64,000 nucleotides of DNA from Erysipelotrichaceae bacterium (lineage in GTDB: Bacteria > Bacillota_I > Bacilli_A > RFN20 > CAG-449). Below, piece after piece: positions 29,080-39,968 of the stretch. Made by a program: the position numbers and the translations under genes. The stretch is taken from NCBI GenBank assembly GCA_015059045.1, contig SVBD01000004.1, forward strand, positions 22,773-86,772, given 5' to 3'. Under the pieces are notes generated by a model. The model did no database searches. It was not told where the DNA came from and was given only the letters and a program-made list of their open reading frames with translations. How positions within the stretch are numbered: the first letter of the stretch is position 1; the number at the start of each line of letters is the position of its first letter.

Positions 29080-29943
29080 TATAAGTTCGTTAGTAAGTAC
29101 ACTTTCCCATTGCTTCAAATTAAATTTATCAGCAAAATACATACACTTACATAAAAACATATAGTAGATATTTAATTTACATCCATGTAAGGTTTCAAAA
29201 TTACCTAAACCCTTGGAAATAATAATATCTGCTTTTTTTATTGTTTCTAAACATTCTTTGGAGATATCCTCTAAAGAAGTTCCAGGAATATCTGTTCCAT
29301 TATCAATAACCTTACATACTTTATCTAATCCAATCATTTCACTATCGAAATATGTTACATCATTAATAATCTCTTTTCCTCTAACAACTGCAATTAAATT
29401 AATATGTGGATATATTCTATTAATAACTTTTATTAAAATTTTATCAAAAACAATTTCTCCACAGTTATCAAGTAAATAGACTACATTTGTTTTATTGGAC
29501 AACTCTTCTTTTAAACTATTTAATACTTTTTCATCTACCTCTTGAACTTCTGCTTGCTTAATAAAGTAATCTAATAAATCAATATCGATAGAAGTTAATT
29601 TTGCAAAATCAATTAAATTACCAACTCGAGCAAATTGAATTCCTTTTTTTAAAGGATCTAGTGAACTATCTATTATCTCTTCAATTTGTTTTTCATATGA
29701 CAAACATAATTTATTATATTTAATTTTTTCTTTTGAGTAATCTAAAGGAAAAGAAAAAACTTCCTTATGAATTTCATTTATTGCTCTCATTAATAAAGGA
29801 GAAGCACCTGTAGAAGGAAAGGTTTTACAAAGTGCATCAATTTTATTAATAAATTCATTTACTTTTTCTTTATCTAAATATGTTTGAGCCCTTTTTGCTT
29901 GGCTAGAAAATAAACAAGTTCTACATTCTTCACCTAGTTGCAT
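29068..29943 (-). CDS. DUF89/ARMT1-like damage-control phosphatase
   Basis: ECRTC, GNLID, DNCGEIVFD, INDVT, SKGLGNFE. Confidence 0.9.
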   Translation of the reverse strand: MQLGEECRTCLFSSQAKRAQTYLDKEKVNEFINKIDALCKTFPSTGASPLLMRAINEIHKEVFSFPLDYSKEKIKYNKLCLSYEKQIEEIIDSSLDPLKKGIQFARVGNLIDFAKLTSIDIDLLDYFIKQAEVQEVDEKVLNSLKEELSNKTNVVYLLDNCGEIVFDKILIKVINRIYPHINLIAVVRGKEIINDVTYFDSEMIGLDKVCKVIDNGTDIPGTSLEDISKECLETIKKADIIISKGLGNFETLHGCKLNIYYMFLCKCMYFADKFNLKQWESVLTNELILND

Positions 29944-30392
29944 GAAACTTCCTCTTTTCTATTCTTTATCTTATTAAAAATTAATAGCGTTACATTAAAC
30001 GTGATTTGAAAAGCAAAATAGGAAATAACATACATAATTCCTGCATACTTAATAAATTGTTCTAAAACCATATTAAAGTCAGGAGCAAATATTAATAACT
30101 TGCAAGAAAAAGTTAATATTGGAGAGAAATATAGATTAGTAACTAATCCACCAATTGCTCCAGAAGCAAAAGAATTAGGTTTAATTTTTAATAATTTGGC
30201 AATTGCATTACAAATTTTATTCGCAGGAATTAATACTGTTACTAGAGTAGATACTACAAACCCTAAAAGTGTGGTCCATAAAATATACATATCATAAGAT
30301 GAAGTTAAAATAGCACTAGCAAAAGACAATATTGCAGAAACTACAATATTATCAATAGTTGTCTTGATGATGTTTAACTTTCTATCACTCAT
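29934..30392 (-). CDS. Hypothetical membrane protein (DUF2798-like)
   Basis: Four hydrophobic segments; overlaps the DUF89 start. Confidence 0.65.
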   Translation of the reverse strand: MSDRKLNIIKTTIDNIVVSAILSFASAILTSSYDMYILWTTLLGFVVSTLVTVLIPANKICNAIAKLLKIKPNSFASGAIGGLVTNLYFSPILTFSCKLLIFAPDFNMVLEQFIKYAGIMYVISYFAFQITFNVTLLIFNKIKNRKEEVSCN

Positions 30393-30442
30393 AATACTAC
30401 CTCATTGCTATTATAACATAAAAATATATAATAATAAGAAAT

Positions 30443-30465
30443 AAAAAGCATCCAATTGGATGCTT
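30443..30465 (-). terminator. Terminator after tRNA-Ile
   Basis: AAGCATCC-AATT-GGATGCTT palindrome with T-run on the minus strand. Confidence 0.75.
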
Positions 30466-30477
30466 AGAAATCTACGA

Positions 30478-30554
<77 letters not shown>

Positions 30555-30626
30555 AACGCTTAATTATAATAATATATTAATAACTTAAAATCAATAGTTT
30601 TTTTAATTTTCTAATGAATTTTAAAA

Positions 30627-31295
30627 TTATTTTTTATATAAAAAATATGAAATTAGTCCTTCAGATATTTTTTTCGAAATTATCGTTTGATATGTGGAGT
30701 TAGTTAATCTATTTAAATCACTATCATTAGAAATAAATCCACATTCAATTAATAAACTTGGACAATATGTATTTCTAAATATATAAAAATCTTCTTTGTG
30801 AATAATTTTATCTAACCCACTAGCTTGATTTAATTTTTCTTGGATGATTAAAGCAAGATCTTTGGATTCTTGATCATTTTTATAATACACCATTGGCCCT
30901 TGAATTGAAGAGGAAGAATAATAATTTACATGAAGTGATATTACTAAATTAGCATCGTAGTTGTTTATTATTTTTACTCTATTTCTCAAATCTTCATTTT
31001 TTCTATTTGAAGCATTAACACTTGCTAAATCATAATCACCATCTCTAGTTAAATAAGTTCTAAATCCTTGCGTTGTTAATTCTTCAAATAGTTTTAATCC
31101 AATCTCCAAATTAATATCATCTTCTAATACCCCATTGTTTTCACATCCATTATCCTTTCCTCCATGTCCTGGATCAATGACCACGACAAAATTAATCAAA
31201 GAAGATACTTCTTTGATATTCCTAGAATAAAAAGGAATAGAAATTAAAGAAATAACTACAATTAGTTCAAATAATAGATAATATATTTTATTCAT
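30627..31295 (-). CDS. cwlD: N-acetylmuramoyl-L-alanine amidase (Amidase_3), CwlD-like
   Basis: DPGHGG, LEDDIN, RKNEDLRNRV, SLHVN, IECGFISN; N-terminal TM; position downstream of rplM-rpsI as in Bacillus. Confidence 0.75.
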   Translation of the reverse strand: MNKIYYLLFELIVVISLISIPFYSRNIKEVSSLINFVVVIDPGHGGKDNGCENNGVLEDDINLEIGLKLFEELTTQGFRTYLTRDGDYDLASVNASNRKNEDLRNRVKIINNYDANLVISLHVNYYSSSSIQGPMVYYKNDQESKDLALIIQEKLNQASGLDKIIHKEDFYIFRNTYCPSLLIECGFISNDSDLNRLTNSTYQTIISKKISEGLISYFLYKK

Positions 31296-31377
31296 AATTA
31301 ATTATATTATTTAACTATTCCAAATATGAAAAAAGATCCAAGCATAAACTTGAATCTTTTTATTAATTTGATATTTA

Positions 31378-31785
31378 CTAACGTTTTGAGAATTGAGGTG
31401 CTCTTCTAGCAGCTTTAAGACCATATTTCTTACGTTCTTTAGCTCTTGCATCTCTTGTTAATAAACCTGCAACTTTCATTGGTGATCTGAAGTCTTGGCT
31501 GATTTCTAATAATGCTCTTGCGATTCCTAAACGGATAGCACCAGCTTGACCTGTGAATCCTCCACCTGTAACAGTTGCGTTTACATCGAATTTATCTGTT
31601 GTATTAGTGATTTCTAATGGTTGTTTTAAATCCATGACTAATGTTGCATAAGGCATGTATTCGTTAACATCTCTACCATTAACTGTGATTTTACCTGTAC
31701 CATTTGTTACATAAACACGAGCAACAGAAGCTTTTCTACGGCCTGTGCCATAGTATTGAACATTTTCAACTTTCTTTCTTGCCAT
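31378..31785 (-). CDS. rpsI: 30S ribosomal protein S9
   Basis: [33 protein letters not shown]. Confidence 0.99.
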   Translation of the reverse strand: MARKKVENVQYYGTGRRKASVARVYVTNGTGKITVNGRDVNEYMPYATLVMDLKQPLEITNTTDKFDVNATVTGGGFTGQAGAIRLGIARALLEISQDFRSPMKVAGLLTRDARAKERKKYGLKAARRAPQFSKR

Positions 31786-31797
31786 TGTTCTTTCCTC

Positions 31798-32238
31798 CTA
31801 GTACTTTAATTTTAGCTCTTCAGGTTTTTGAGCTTCATGTAAGTGTTCTGGACCAGCATAAACAAATAACTTTTTGTTCATTTGACGTCCTAAACGTCCT
31901 TTTGGAAGCATACCTTTAACAGCTCTTTCAATCATTTCTTCTGGATAGTCTCTTAACATAGTTCCTGAAGAACGGGTTCTTAAACCACCTAAATATTGTG
32001 AGACATTGTAATAATTTTTCTTATTTTCTTTGTCTCCAGATAATGAAACTTTTTCAGCGTTGATAACGATGATATAGTCTCCACAGTCTACGTTAGGTGT
32101 ATAAATAGGTTTATTTTTTCCACATAAATAAACTGCGATTTCTGATGCTAAACGACCTAAAGGTTTATTTGTTGCATCAACAACGTACCATTTACGTACG
32201 ATTTCATTGGCTTTTGCAATAGTTGTTTGACGTTGCAT
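31798..32238 (-). CDS. rplM: 50S ribosomal protein L13
   Basis: [33 protein letters not shown]. Confidence 0.99.
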   Translation of the reverse strand: MQRQTTIAKANEIVRKWYVVDATNKPLGRLASEIAVYLCGKNKPIYTPNVDCGDYIIVINAEKVSLSGDKENKKNYYNVSQYLGGLRTRSSGTMLRDYPEEMIERAVKGMLPKGRLGRQMNKKLFVYAGPEHLHEAQKPEELKLKY

Positions 32239-32256
32239 AACTTAATTCCTCCTAAT

Positions 32257-32300
32257 AATTGTTTGTCTTACCGGGACTACAATTGGCGAATCGTTGCCGT
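32257..32300 (-). ncRNA. Putative L13 leader (rplM 5' UTR)
   Basis: AATTGT/ACAATT outer stem enclosing GTC-CCGGTAA-GAC, preceded by a GGC..GCC hairpin, just upstream of the rplM RBS. Confidence 0.45.
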
Positions 32301-32353
32301 TTATAATAATATAACAAATTGTCAAATTTATCAATAAATTTTTAATAATAATT

Positions 32354-32381
32354 AAAAAGGAGATTATTTTACTAATCTCCC
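32354..32381 (-). terminator. trkAH terminator
   Basis: GGAGATTA / TAATCTCC stem with T-run on the minus strand. Confidence 0.75.
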
Positions 32382-32391
32382 TAATATGTAT

Positions 32392-33834
32392 TTATTTGTT
32401 AAACCACACTTTTGGCATAAATAGAAGTAATATTGGGTATATTTCTAATCTACCAATCAACATCAATGCTGATAAAATTATTTTTGAGAAATCATTAAAA
32501 CACGAATAATTTCCCATAGGTCCTACCAAAGAAAATCCCGGACCAATATTATTTACACAAGCAACAATCGCGGTAAAATTTGTTTCAAAATCTAACTTAT
32601 CAAACGATAAGACAATTAATGAAGCAAAAATAATACACATCATTATTCCAAAATATCCATTAACACCTTTAACTACATTCTCATCAACAGTAGATCCTTC
32701 AAAGGTAATATTAGAAACACTATTTGGATGGACTAATTTTTTAATCTCTCTTTTTAAACTTTTAAATAAAATTACAAATCTAGATACCTTCATACCTCCA
32801 CCGGTAGAACCTGCACAGGCACCAACAAACATTAAAATCAATAAAATACATTTTGATAAATTTGGCCACAAATTAAAATCAGCAGTAGCAAATCCGGTTG
32901 TAGTAATTATTGAAGATACTTGGAAGAAAGAATCTTTTAAAGCGATATGGAAAGCATATTCCATAGATAGTGTTAAATTTATTGCAATAGTAACCACACT
33001 AAACACGATTATTCCAATATACCATCTTAGTTCTTCACTCTTAAATGCTTGAGCGATTCTTCCAATTAAAATAAGATAGAAAATATTGAAATTTATACCA
33101 AAAATGAGCATAAATACACCAATTACGATTTGTGAATAAGAATTGAATGACGCTATAGAATCATTATAAATTCCAAATCCTCCAGTACCAGCAGTAGCTA
33201 AAGAAGTAACTAAAGATTCATAGAAAGAATTTCCACCAAAGAGTAAGAAGATTACTTCTAAAAGAGTAAATCCTAAATAAATTAGATATAGAATTCTTGC
33301 GGTAAATCTAACTTTTGAAACTAGTTTTCCTACTTGTGGACCAGTAGATTCCGCTCTTAAAATATAGATATTTTGTCCTTCTGAATTAGGTAATATAGCA
33401 AGAATAAACACTAATACACCCATACCGCCAATCCAATGGGTAAAGCTTCTCCAGAATAACATACTCTTAGACAATCCTTCTACATTAGTTAATATACTTG
33501 CACCAGTAGTTGTAAAGCCTGAAATGGTTTCAAATAAAGCATCAACAAAAGAAGGTATTTCTTGAGAAATAACAAATGGCAAACTACCAAACAAACTCAT
33601 GACAATCCAAGATAGACCAACTAAAATAAAGCCTTCTCTTGCATAAATTTGCTTTGTTTTAGGTCTAATTAAGCAAAGTAAAACACCAACACACAAAAGA
33701 GCTCCAATAGTGATTAAAAAAGCGTATTGGTTTGTTTCTTTATATATCAAACTTACTAATAATGGAAAAAATAATAAAGCAGCCTCTATTAATAAAATCT
33801 TTCCAATATTATTAAAGATCATTCTAAAATTCAT
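32392..33834 (-). CDS. trkH: Trk potassium uptake permease
   Basis: FETISGFTTTGAS, WIGGMG, ATAGTGGF, TTTGF, GACAGSTGGG, NNIGPG, IGRLE. Confidence 0.97.
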   Translation of the reverse strand: MNFRMIFNNIGKILLIEAALLFFPLLVSLIYKETNQYAFLITIGALLCVGVLLCLIRPKTKQIYAREGFILVGLSWIVMSLFGSLPFVISQEIPSFVDALFETISGFTTTGASILTNVEGLSKSMLFWRSFTHWIGGMGVLVFILAILPNSEGQNIYILRAESTGPQVGKLVSKVRFTARILYLIYLGFTLLEVIFLLFGGNSFYESLVTSLATAGTGGFGIYNDSIASFNSYSQIVIGVFMLIFGINFNIFYLILIGRIAQAFKSEELRWYIGIIVFSVVTIAINLTLSMEYAFHIALKDSFFQVSSIITTTGFATADFNLWPNLSKCILLILMFVGACAGSTGGGMKVSRFVILFKSLKREIKKLVHPNSVSNITFEGSTVDENVVKGVNGYFGIMMCIIFASLIVLSFDKLDFETNFTAIVACVNNIGPGFSLVGPMGNYSCFNDFSKIILSALMLIGRLEIYPILLLFMPKVWFNK

Positions 33835-33837
33835 ATT

Positions 33838-35193
33838 CTACTCCATAATATCGATTAAATCATTAACGATAAAATCAGAAGTAACTACAATTACACTATC
33901 AAGAGGTTCTAATGTATCATTACCATTTGGAATAATAACTTTTCCACTTCTAATAATGCACGCTAATAAAACATTCTTTCTTAAATTTAAATCCTTTAAA
34001 GGAATAGATGTGTATTTTGTTTCTTTAGAAATTAAGAATTCGCTAGCTTCAACTTTATTACCAACTAAACGATATAAAGTTTTGAACTCGCTTCCTCTTT
34101 TTTTATTCATTCCACGGACATATCTAATAATATTATCTGCGAATAATTCTTTTGGAGAAATAACACTATCAAGACCAGTAATATCTAAAATAGCTTCATA
34201 GTTATTATTGCTTACTTTTGTAATAACTTTCTTACAATTAACACTCTTCGCAGATGTCGAAATCATAATGTTAATTTCATCCATGCCTGTCAATGTAACT
34301 AAGGCATCAACATCTTCTAATCCCTCACTCATCAACATTTTTTGATTAGTTCCATCACCTTTTAAAATCAAAGCTTTTGGAAGTTGTTCTGCTAAGTGAT
34401 TACAAATATTTTGATCATTATCAATAATTTTTACCGAAATACCATTATCTAAAAGCATTGATGCCAAGTAAAAGGTAATTTTACCACCACCAATAATCAT
34501 TGCTGATTTTACTTTATTTTGAATAATATCAAGCTTTTTAAACGAATTATTTACTTCTCTAGCGCTTACTGTAATATAAACATAATCGCCTTCTTCAAGA
34601 ACAAATGAGCCATTAGGAATAAATACCTTATCTCCTCTTTCAACTGCACAAACAAGGAAATGAGTATTACATTTTTCTTGAATTTGCATTAATGATTTTC
34701 CTACTAATTTTGAATTAGATTCAACTTTAATTTCTACAAGATTTACTTTACCATTTGCAAAAGATTCAACAGTAATTGCACTTGGGAAACGAATAATTCT
34801 AAAAATATCTAATGCAGTATTATAGTCAGGATTAATCGTCATACTAATTCCAAGTTCATTTGTCATTATTTGAGCTTGTAGAGCATATTCTGGATTTCTA
34901 ATTCTAGCAATGGTTTGCTTAACACCCAATTTTTTAGAAACAAGGCAACATAAAATATTAACTTCATCAGTTGAAGTTACCGCGATTACTAAATCAGGTT
35001 TATCTAAGAATGCCTCTTTTTGAGTTACATAACTCGCACCATTTCCAACATAACCTTTAACATCGAATTGATTCACTACTTCATCAACTAATTCTTGTTT
35101 AGAGTCAATAACTACGATGTCATGATTTTCTTTTGATAATTGCTCTGTAAGGAAAATTCCATATTTACCTAAACCAATAATAACAATGTTCAT
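33838..35193 (-). CDS. trkA: Trk potassium uptake NAD-binding subunit
   Basis: Two RCK pairs: IIGLGKYG and IIGGGKIT; AVTSTDEVN; IARIRNPEY. Confidence 0.97.
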   Translation of the reverse strand: MNIVIIGLGKYGIFLTEQLSKENHDIVVIDSKQELVDEVVNQFDVKGYVGNGASYVTQKEAFLDKPDLVIAVTSTDEVNILCCLVSKKLGVKQTIARIRNPEYALQAQIMTNELGISMTINPDYNTALDIFRIIRFPSAITVESFANGKVNLVEIKVESNSKLVGKSLMQIQEKCNTHFLVCAVERGDKVFIPNGSFVLEEGDYVYITVSAREVNNSFKKLDIIQNKVKSAMIIGGGKITFYLASMLLDNGISVKIIDNDQNICNHLAEQLPKALILKGDGTNQKMLMSEGLEDVDALVTLTGMDEINIMISTSAKSVNCKKVITKVSNNNYEAILDITGLDSVISPKELFADNIIRYVRGMNKKRGSEFKTLYRLVGNKVEASEFLISKETKYTSIPLKDLNLRKNVLLACIIRSGKVIIPNGNDTLEPLDSVIVVTSDFIVNDLIDIME

Positions 35194-35307
35194 AACTTAT
35201 CCTCTATTTGTATATAATTATATACATTTTTTATAAAAAGTCATTATTTTTTCATTTTTGACTTATCTACTACTAGTAGAGAAACAAAAAAGTCGTATTA
35301 AAACGAC

Positions 35308-35889
35308 TTATTTTCTATGTGGAACCTTATGACAATGGCGGCATCTAGGTTCGTAAGATTCACTAGCGCCTATTATGATAATTGGATCTTCATAATATGC
35401 TGGTTCACCATTAACTACTCTTTGAGTTCTTGTAGCGTTTGCTCCACAAACAGTACAAATTGCAGTTAATTTAGTAACATATTCTGCCATACATAATAAT
35501 TGAGGCATAATTGAGAAAGGTTCTCCTCTAAAATCGTTGTCTAATCCAGCACATATAACTCTTAATCCTCTATTTGCTAAATCATCGATTACTTTTAAAA
35601 TACCTTCATCCATAAATTGGACTTCATCAAAAGCTACTGCGTATAAATCTTCAGTAACATATTTTTCAACTTCTGAACTATGTTTTAAATTATAACATTT
35701 AGTTCTTCTTTTATTATGAGATACTACTTCATCTTCTGAATATCTATTGTCTATGAGCGGTTTAAATACGATAATCTTCTTTTTAGCATATTCAATTCTT
35801 TTAATTCTACGAATTAATTCTTCACTTTTACCAGCGAACATTGGTCCACAGATAACTTCAACCCATCCTAATCTACTATTATGTTCCAT
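35308..35889 (-). CDS. tdk: Thymidine kinase
   Basis: [40 protein letters not shown]. Confidence 0.98.
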   Translation of the reverse strand: MEHNSRLGWVEVICGPMFAGKSEELIRRIKRIEYAKKKIIVFKPLIDNRYSEDEVVSHNKRRTKCYNLKHSSEVEKYVTEDLYAVAFDEVQFMDEGILKVIDDLANRGLRVICAGLDNDFRGEPFSIMPQLLCMAEYVTKLTAICTVCGANATRTQRVVNGEPAYYEDPIIIIGASESYEPRCRHCHKVPHRK

Positions 35890-35969
35890 AAATTTATCCT
35901 CTTGCTTTCAATGATAAGCCAAAATAGAAATCAAAAGCAAGGTTAAAATTACATTTTCAAAAAGAAAAA

Positions 35970-36001
35970 AGTTATGTAAATTTTTCATAATTTACATAAC
36001 T
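35970..36001 (-). terminator. Perfect 13-bp inverted repeat; probable second terminator after rpoC
   Basis: AGTTATGTAAATT-TTTCAT-AATTTACATAACT, followed on the minus strand by TTTTTCTTTTT. Confidence 0.45.
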
Positions 36002-36043
36002 AAATAATTTTTTTATTTTCATTATTTTTAAATCTTTACCAAC

Positions 36044-36073
36044 AAAAAACGCGATACCTTTCTAGATATCGCG
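36044..36073 (-). terminator. rpoBC terminator
   Basis: CGCGATA / TATCGCG stem with T6 on the minus strand. Confidence 0.75.
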
Positions 36074-36080
36074 CATTTTA

Positions 36081-39000
36081 TTAATCTAATAAGTCACTAG
36101 CGAAGTCAAATACATTTGAATCTTCTTCAGTTGAAACAACTGGAGCGATACTTTGAATTGATTCTTCTTCGATGTCGAATAATTCTTCTTCTTCAACTTC
36201 TTCTTCTCTTAAACCAGTTCCTGCAGGAATTAACTTACCAATCATAACATTTTCTTTTAAGCCATGTAAGTAGTCTGTTTTTCCTTTAATTGCAGCATCT
36301 GTAAGAACTTTTGTTGTTTCTTGGAATGAAGCACTTGATAAGAATGATTCTGTATCAAGAGCAGCTTTAGTAATACCAAGGATAATTGGAGTACCAACAG
36401 CTGGACGTTTTCCTGAAATTAATGCTTCTTCATTGATACGTGTAAAGTTAATTACATTAACTTTTGTACCTGGTAACATACTTGTATCACCAGCATCAAT
36501 GATTGACATCTTTCTTAACATTTGTCTTACGATAACTTCAATGTGTTTATCTGAAACGTCAATACCGTTTCCTTTATAAACTTTTTGAACTTCTTTTAAG
36601 ATGTAGTTTTGAACTTTAGTTACATCAGAAACTCTTAATAATTCTTTAGGGTTAATTGCACCTTCAGTAATCTTTTGTCCATTTGTAACTTGATCACCTT
36701 CTTTAACTCTTAATTTAGCGTTATAGATTGTGATATAAGATTTTTCTTCAAGTTCATTTTTAATAACGACAGTATATCTACCGCCTTCTTGTTTAATAGA
36801 TGTAACTGTACCAGCAATTTCTGAAATTAAAGCTTCGCCTTTTGGATTTCTAGCTTCGAATAATTCAGCAACACGAGGTAAACCTTGAGTAATATCGCCA
36901 CCAGCAACACCACCAGTATGGAAAGTACGCATTGTTAATTGAGTACCTGGTTCACCAATTGATTGAGCAGCCATAACACCAACAGCTTCGCCTACTTCTA
37001 CTAATTTACCAGTAGCTAAGTTTCTACCATAACAGTGTACACATACGCCATCTTTAGTTTCACAAGTGAATAGTGATCTAATTTCAACTTCTTTAATGCC
37101 TGCGTTTTTAATTGCTTTAGCAATGTTTTCATCCATTAATTCATTAGCGCCGATAATTAATTCGCCTGTTTCTGGATTGACTACGTCTCTAACAGTATAA
37201 CGGCCAACTAAACGATCTTCTAATGAAACAAGAACGCTGTCTTTCTTTGTATCTCTGATTTCAGAAACAACAAATCCACGATCAGCACCACAATCAACTT
37301 CACGAATAATTACATCGTGAGAAACGTCAACTAATCTTCTTGTTAAGTAACCTGAGTCAGCAGTTTTTAACGCTGTATCAGCACCACCCTTACGAGCACC
37401 GTGAGTAGCAATGAAGAATTCACTAACTGTTAAACCTTCACGGAAACAAGATTTAATTGGAAGTTCGATAGTTTCACCAGATGGGTTAGCCATTAATCCA
37501 CGAAGTCCACATAATTGAACGAAGTTAGATGTATTACCACGAGCACCTGATTTACTCATCATAAAGATTGGGTTTGTTCTATCGTTGTTAATCTTATCTT
37601 TTAAGATATTTTCGATTTCAGTCTTAACTTTTGACCAAACATCGATAACTTGTTTATGTCTTTCACCATCAGTTAATAAACCTTTGTCAAACATATTTTG
37701 AATTACTTCAACTTTCTTATCACCTTCAGCAATTAATTCGTTTTTGCCTTCGATGACTGAAATATCACTAATAGAAACTGTGATACCAGCAACTGTTGAA
37801 TATGAGAAACCTTGGTCTTTTAACTTATCAAGAACATCACTAGTAATTTCTGATTGATAACGATTGAATACTTCATTAATAATCTTTGAAATATTACCTT
37901 TAGCAAATGGTGTTCTTAATGGTAAAGCAGCAATATATTCTTTGATATTTGTTCCTTTAGGAACAAAGAATTTTGCTTGATCACTCAATAAGTTTTCTTT
38001 TGAGTTATCATTTAAGAATGGGAAATCTTCTGGGAAGATGCTATTAAAGATAATTTTACCTACTGAAGTAACTAAGTATGAGTTATTCATTTCTTCAGTG
38101 AATCCTTTTTTGTTCATTACTGAACCTTTAACAGCGATACGGTTGTGTAAGCTTACTTTCTTAGTTTGGTACGCTAACATAACTTCATCAACATTCTTAA
38201 ATACAGATCCTTCCATATTAGCGAAAGATGTGTATAATTCTCCTTCTTGATCATCTCCACGATCATAACATTCTTTAGCGTGAGCTAAGAAATCTTCTTT
38301 GCTCTTTTCAATTGTTAAGTAGTAGTTACCTAAGATCATGTCTTGAGATGGAGTAACAATAGGTTTACCATCTTTTGGACCAAGAATGTTACGGCTAGCT
38401 AACATTAATTCGCACGCTTCTTGTTGAGCAGCTTTAGATAAAGGTACGTGAACAGCCATTTGGTCACCATCGAAGTCAGCGTTGAATCCAGCACATACTA
38501 ATGGGTGAAGACGAATTGCTCTACCATTTACTAATACTGGTTTGAATGCTTGAATACCTAAACGGTGAAGTGTTGGAGCACGGTTTAATAGAACTGGATG
38601 TTCTTTAATTACTCTTTCTACGATGTCTAATACTTTTTCATCATAGTGGTCAATCATTTTGTTTGCTTGTTTATGACTATTAGCAATACCTTCTTTAATC
38701 ATAATAGCAGCGATAAATGGTCTAAATAATTGAACAGCCATTTCTCTAGGAATACCACATTGATACATTTTTAGTGATGGACCAACTGCGATAACTGAAC
38801 GTCCTGAATAGTCAACACGTTTACCAAGTAAGTTTTGTCTGAAACGACCTTGTTTACCTTTTAATGTTGAAGATAATGATTTATATGCTCTTCCACCAGG
38901 ACCTGTAATAGCCTTAGTTCTTCTACCGTTATCAATTAATGCGTCAACTGCTTCTTGAAGCATACGTTTTTCGTTCATTAAGATAACATCTGGAGCATTA

Positions 39001-39953
39001 ACATCAATTTCTCTTCTTAAACGAGTGTTACGTGTAATAACACGTCTATATAATTCGTTTAAGTCAGATGAAGCAAATCTACCACCATCTAATTGAAGCA
39101 TAGGTCTTAAATCAGGTGGAATAACTGGTAGTGCATCAATTACCATCCATTCTGGACGGTTATTAGAGTTTTTAAATGCTTCGATGCATTCTAATCTCTT
39201 ATATAATTTTTGTCTTCTTTGACCAGAAGCTTCTTTAATTTCTTTTTCGATATCAGCGAAATCTTTTTCTAAATCAACTTCTGATAATAATCTCTTAATT
39301 GCTTCAGCACCTGAACCGAATTCAGCACCTGTGTATTTTGAGATAAAGTGACTTGTTGTAGTGAAGTCGAATGTTTCTTGAGGATTTTCTAATCTTTGAA
39401 TTAATTCTTCAGCTTTATGATAGTCATATGTTTCTTCATTAAGTTGATCTTTAATTTCTTTGATTGCAAGAACAAATTCAATACGACATGTCTTTTCATC
39501 AAGAACTTCACGGTATTTTAAAATACTTGAAGATCCTGGATTTAAACAAATGTGTGAAACGAAGTAGATAACTTCTTCTAATTGTTTTGGTAAAATATCA
39601 AGGACTAATCCCATTCTTGAAGGAATTCCTTTTAAGTACCAAATGTGAGCGCATGGAGAACATAATTCGATATGTCCCATTCTTTCTCTACGAACTGCTT
39701 TAGTAGTAACTTCTACTCCACATTTTTCACATACGATATCTTTGAAACGAATCTTTTTATATTTTCCACAGTGACATTCATAGTCTTTGTTAGGACCAAA
39801 GATTCTTTCACAATATAAGCCATCCATTTCTGGTTTTTGGCTTCTATAGTTAATAGTTTCAGGTTTTTTAACTTCACCATGAGACCATTTTCTGATCATT
39901 TCTGGAGAAGCAAGGCCAACTTGAACAGCAGCGATTTTATTTACATCAAACAT
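36081..39953 (-). CDS. rpoC: RNA polymerase beta' subunit
   Basis: N-terminal Zn finger, [41 protein letters not shown]. Confidence 0.99.
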   Translation of the reverse strand: MFDVNKIAAVQVGLASPEMIRKWSHGEVKKPETINYRSQKPEMDGLYCERIFGPNKDYECHCGKYKKIRFKDIVCEKCGVEVTTKAVRRERMGHIELCSPCAHIWYLKGIPSRMGLVLDILPKQLEEVIYFVSHICLNPGSSSILKYREVLDEKTCRIEFVLAIKEIKDQLNEETYDYHKAEELIQRLENPQETFDFTTTSHFISKYTGAEFGSGAEAIKRLLSEVDLEKDFADIEKEIKEASGQRRQKLYKRLECIEAFKNSNNRPEWMVIDALPVIPPDLRPMLQLDGGRFASSDLNELYRRVITRNTRLRREIDVNAPDVILMNEKRMLQEAVDALIDNGRRTKAITGPGGRAYKSLSSTLKGKQGRFRQNLLGKRVDYSGRSVIAVGPSLKMYQCGIPREMAVQLFRPFIAAIMIKEGIANSHKQANKMIDHYDEKVLDIVERVIKEHPVLLNRAPTLHRLGIQAFKPVLVNGRAIRLHPLVCAGFNADFDGDQMAVHVPLSKAAQQEACELMLASRNILGPKDGKPIVTPSQDMILGNYYLTIEKSKEDFLAHAKECYDRGDDQEGELYTSFANMEGSVFKNVDEVMLAYQTKKVSLHNRIAVKGSVMNKKGFTEEMNNSYLVTSVGKIIFNSIFPEDFPFLNDNSKENLLSDQAKFFVPKGTNIKEYIAALPLRTPFAKGNISKIINEVFNRYQSEITSDVLDKLKDQGFSYSTVAGITVSISDISVIEGKNELIAEGDKKVEVIQNMFDKGLLTDGERHKQVIDVWSKVKTEIENILKDKINNDRTNPIFMMSKSGARGNTSNFVQLCGLRGLMANPSGETIELPIKSCFREGLTVSEFFIATHGARKGGADTALKTADSGYLTRRLVDVSHDVIIREVDCGADRGFVVSEIRDTKKDSVLVSLEDRLVGRYTVRDVVNPETGELIIGANELMDENIAKAIKNAGIKEVEIRSLFTCETKDGVCVHCYGRNLATGKLVEVGEAVGVMAAQSIGEPGTQLTMRTFHTGGVAGGDITQGLPRVAELFEARNPKGEALISEIAGTVTSIKQEGGRYTVVIKNELEEKSYITIYNAKLRVKEGDQVTNGQKITEGAINPKELLRVSDVTKVQNYILKEVQKVYKGNGIDVSDKHIEVIVRQMLRKMSIIDAGDTSMLPGTKVNVINFTRINEEALISGKRPAVGTPIILGITKAALDTESFLSSASFQETTKVLTDAAIKGKTDYLHGLKENVMIGKLIPAGTGLREEEVEEEELFDIEEESIQSIAPVVSTEEDSNVFDFASDLLD

Positions 39954-39968
39954 ATTCTTTTAGCCTCC

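Noticed and set aside
35970-36001. NrdR or other operator upstream of tdk
   Set aside because: Does not match the NrdR box; the following U-tract on the minus strand fits a terminator better.
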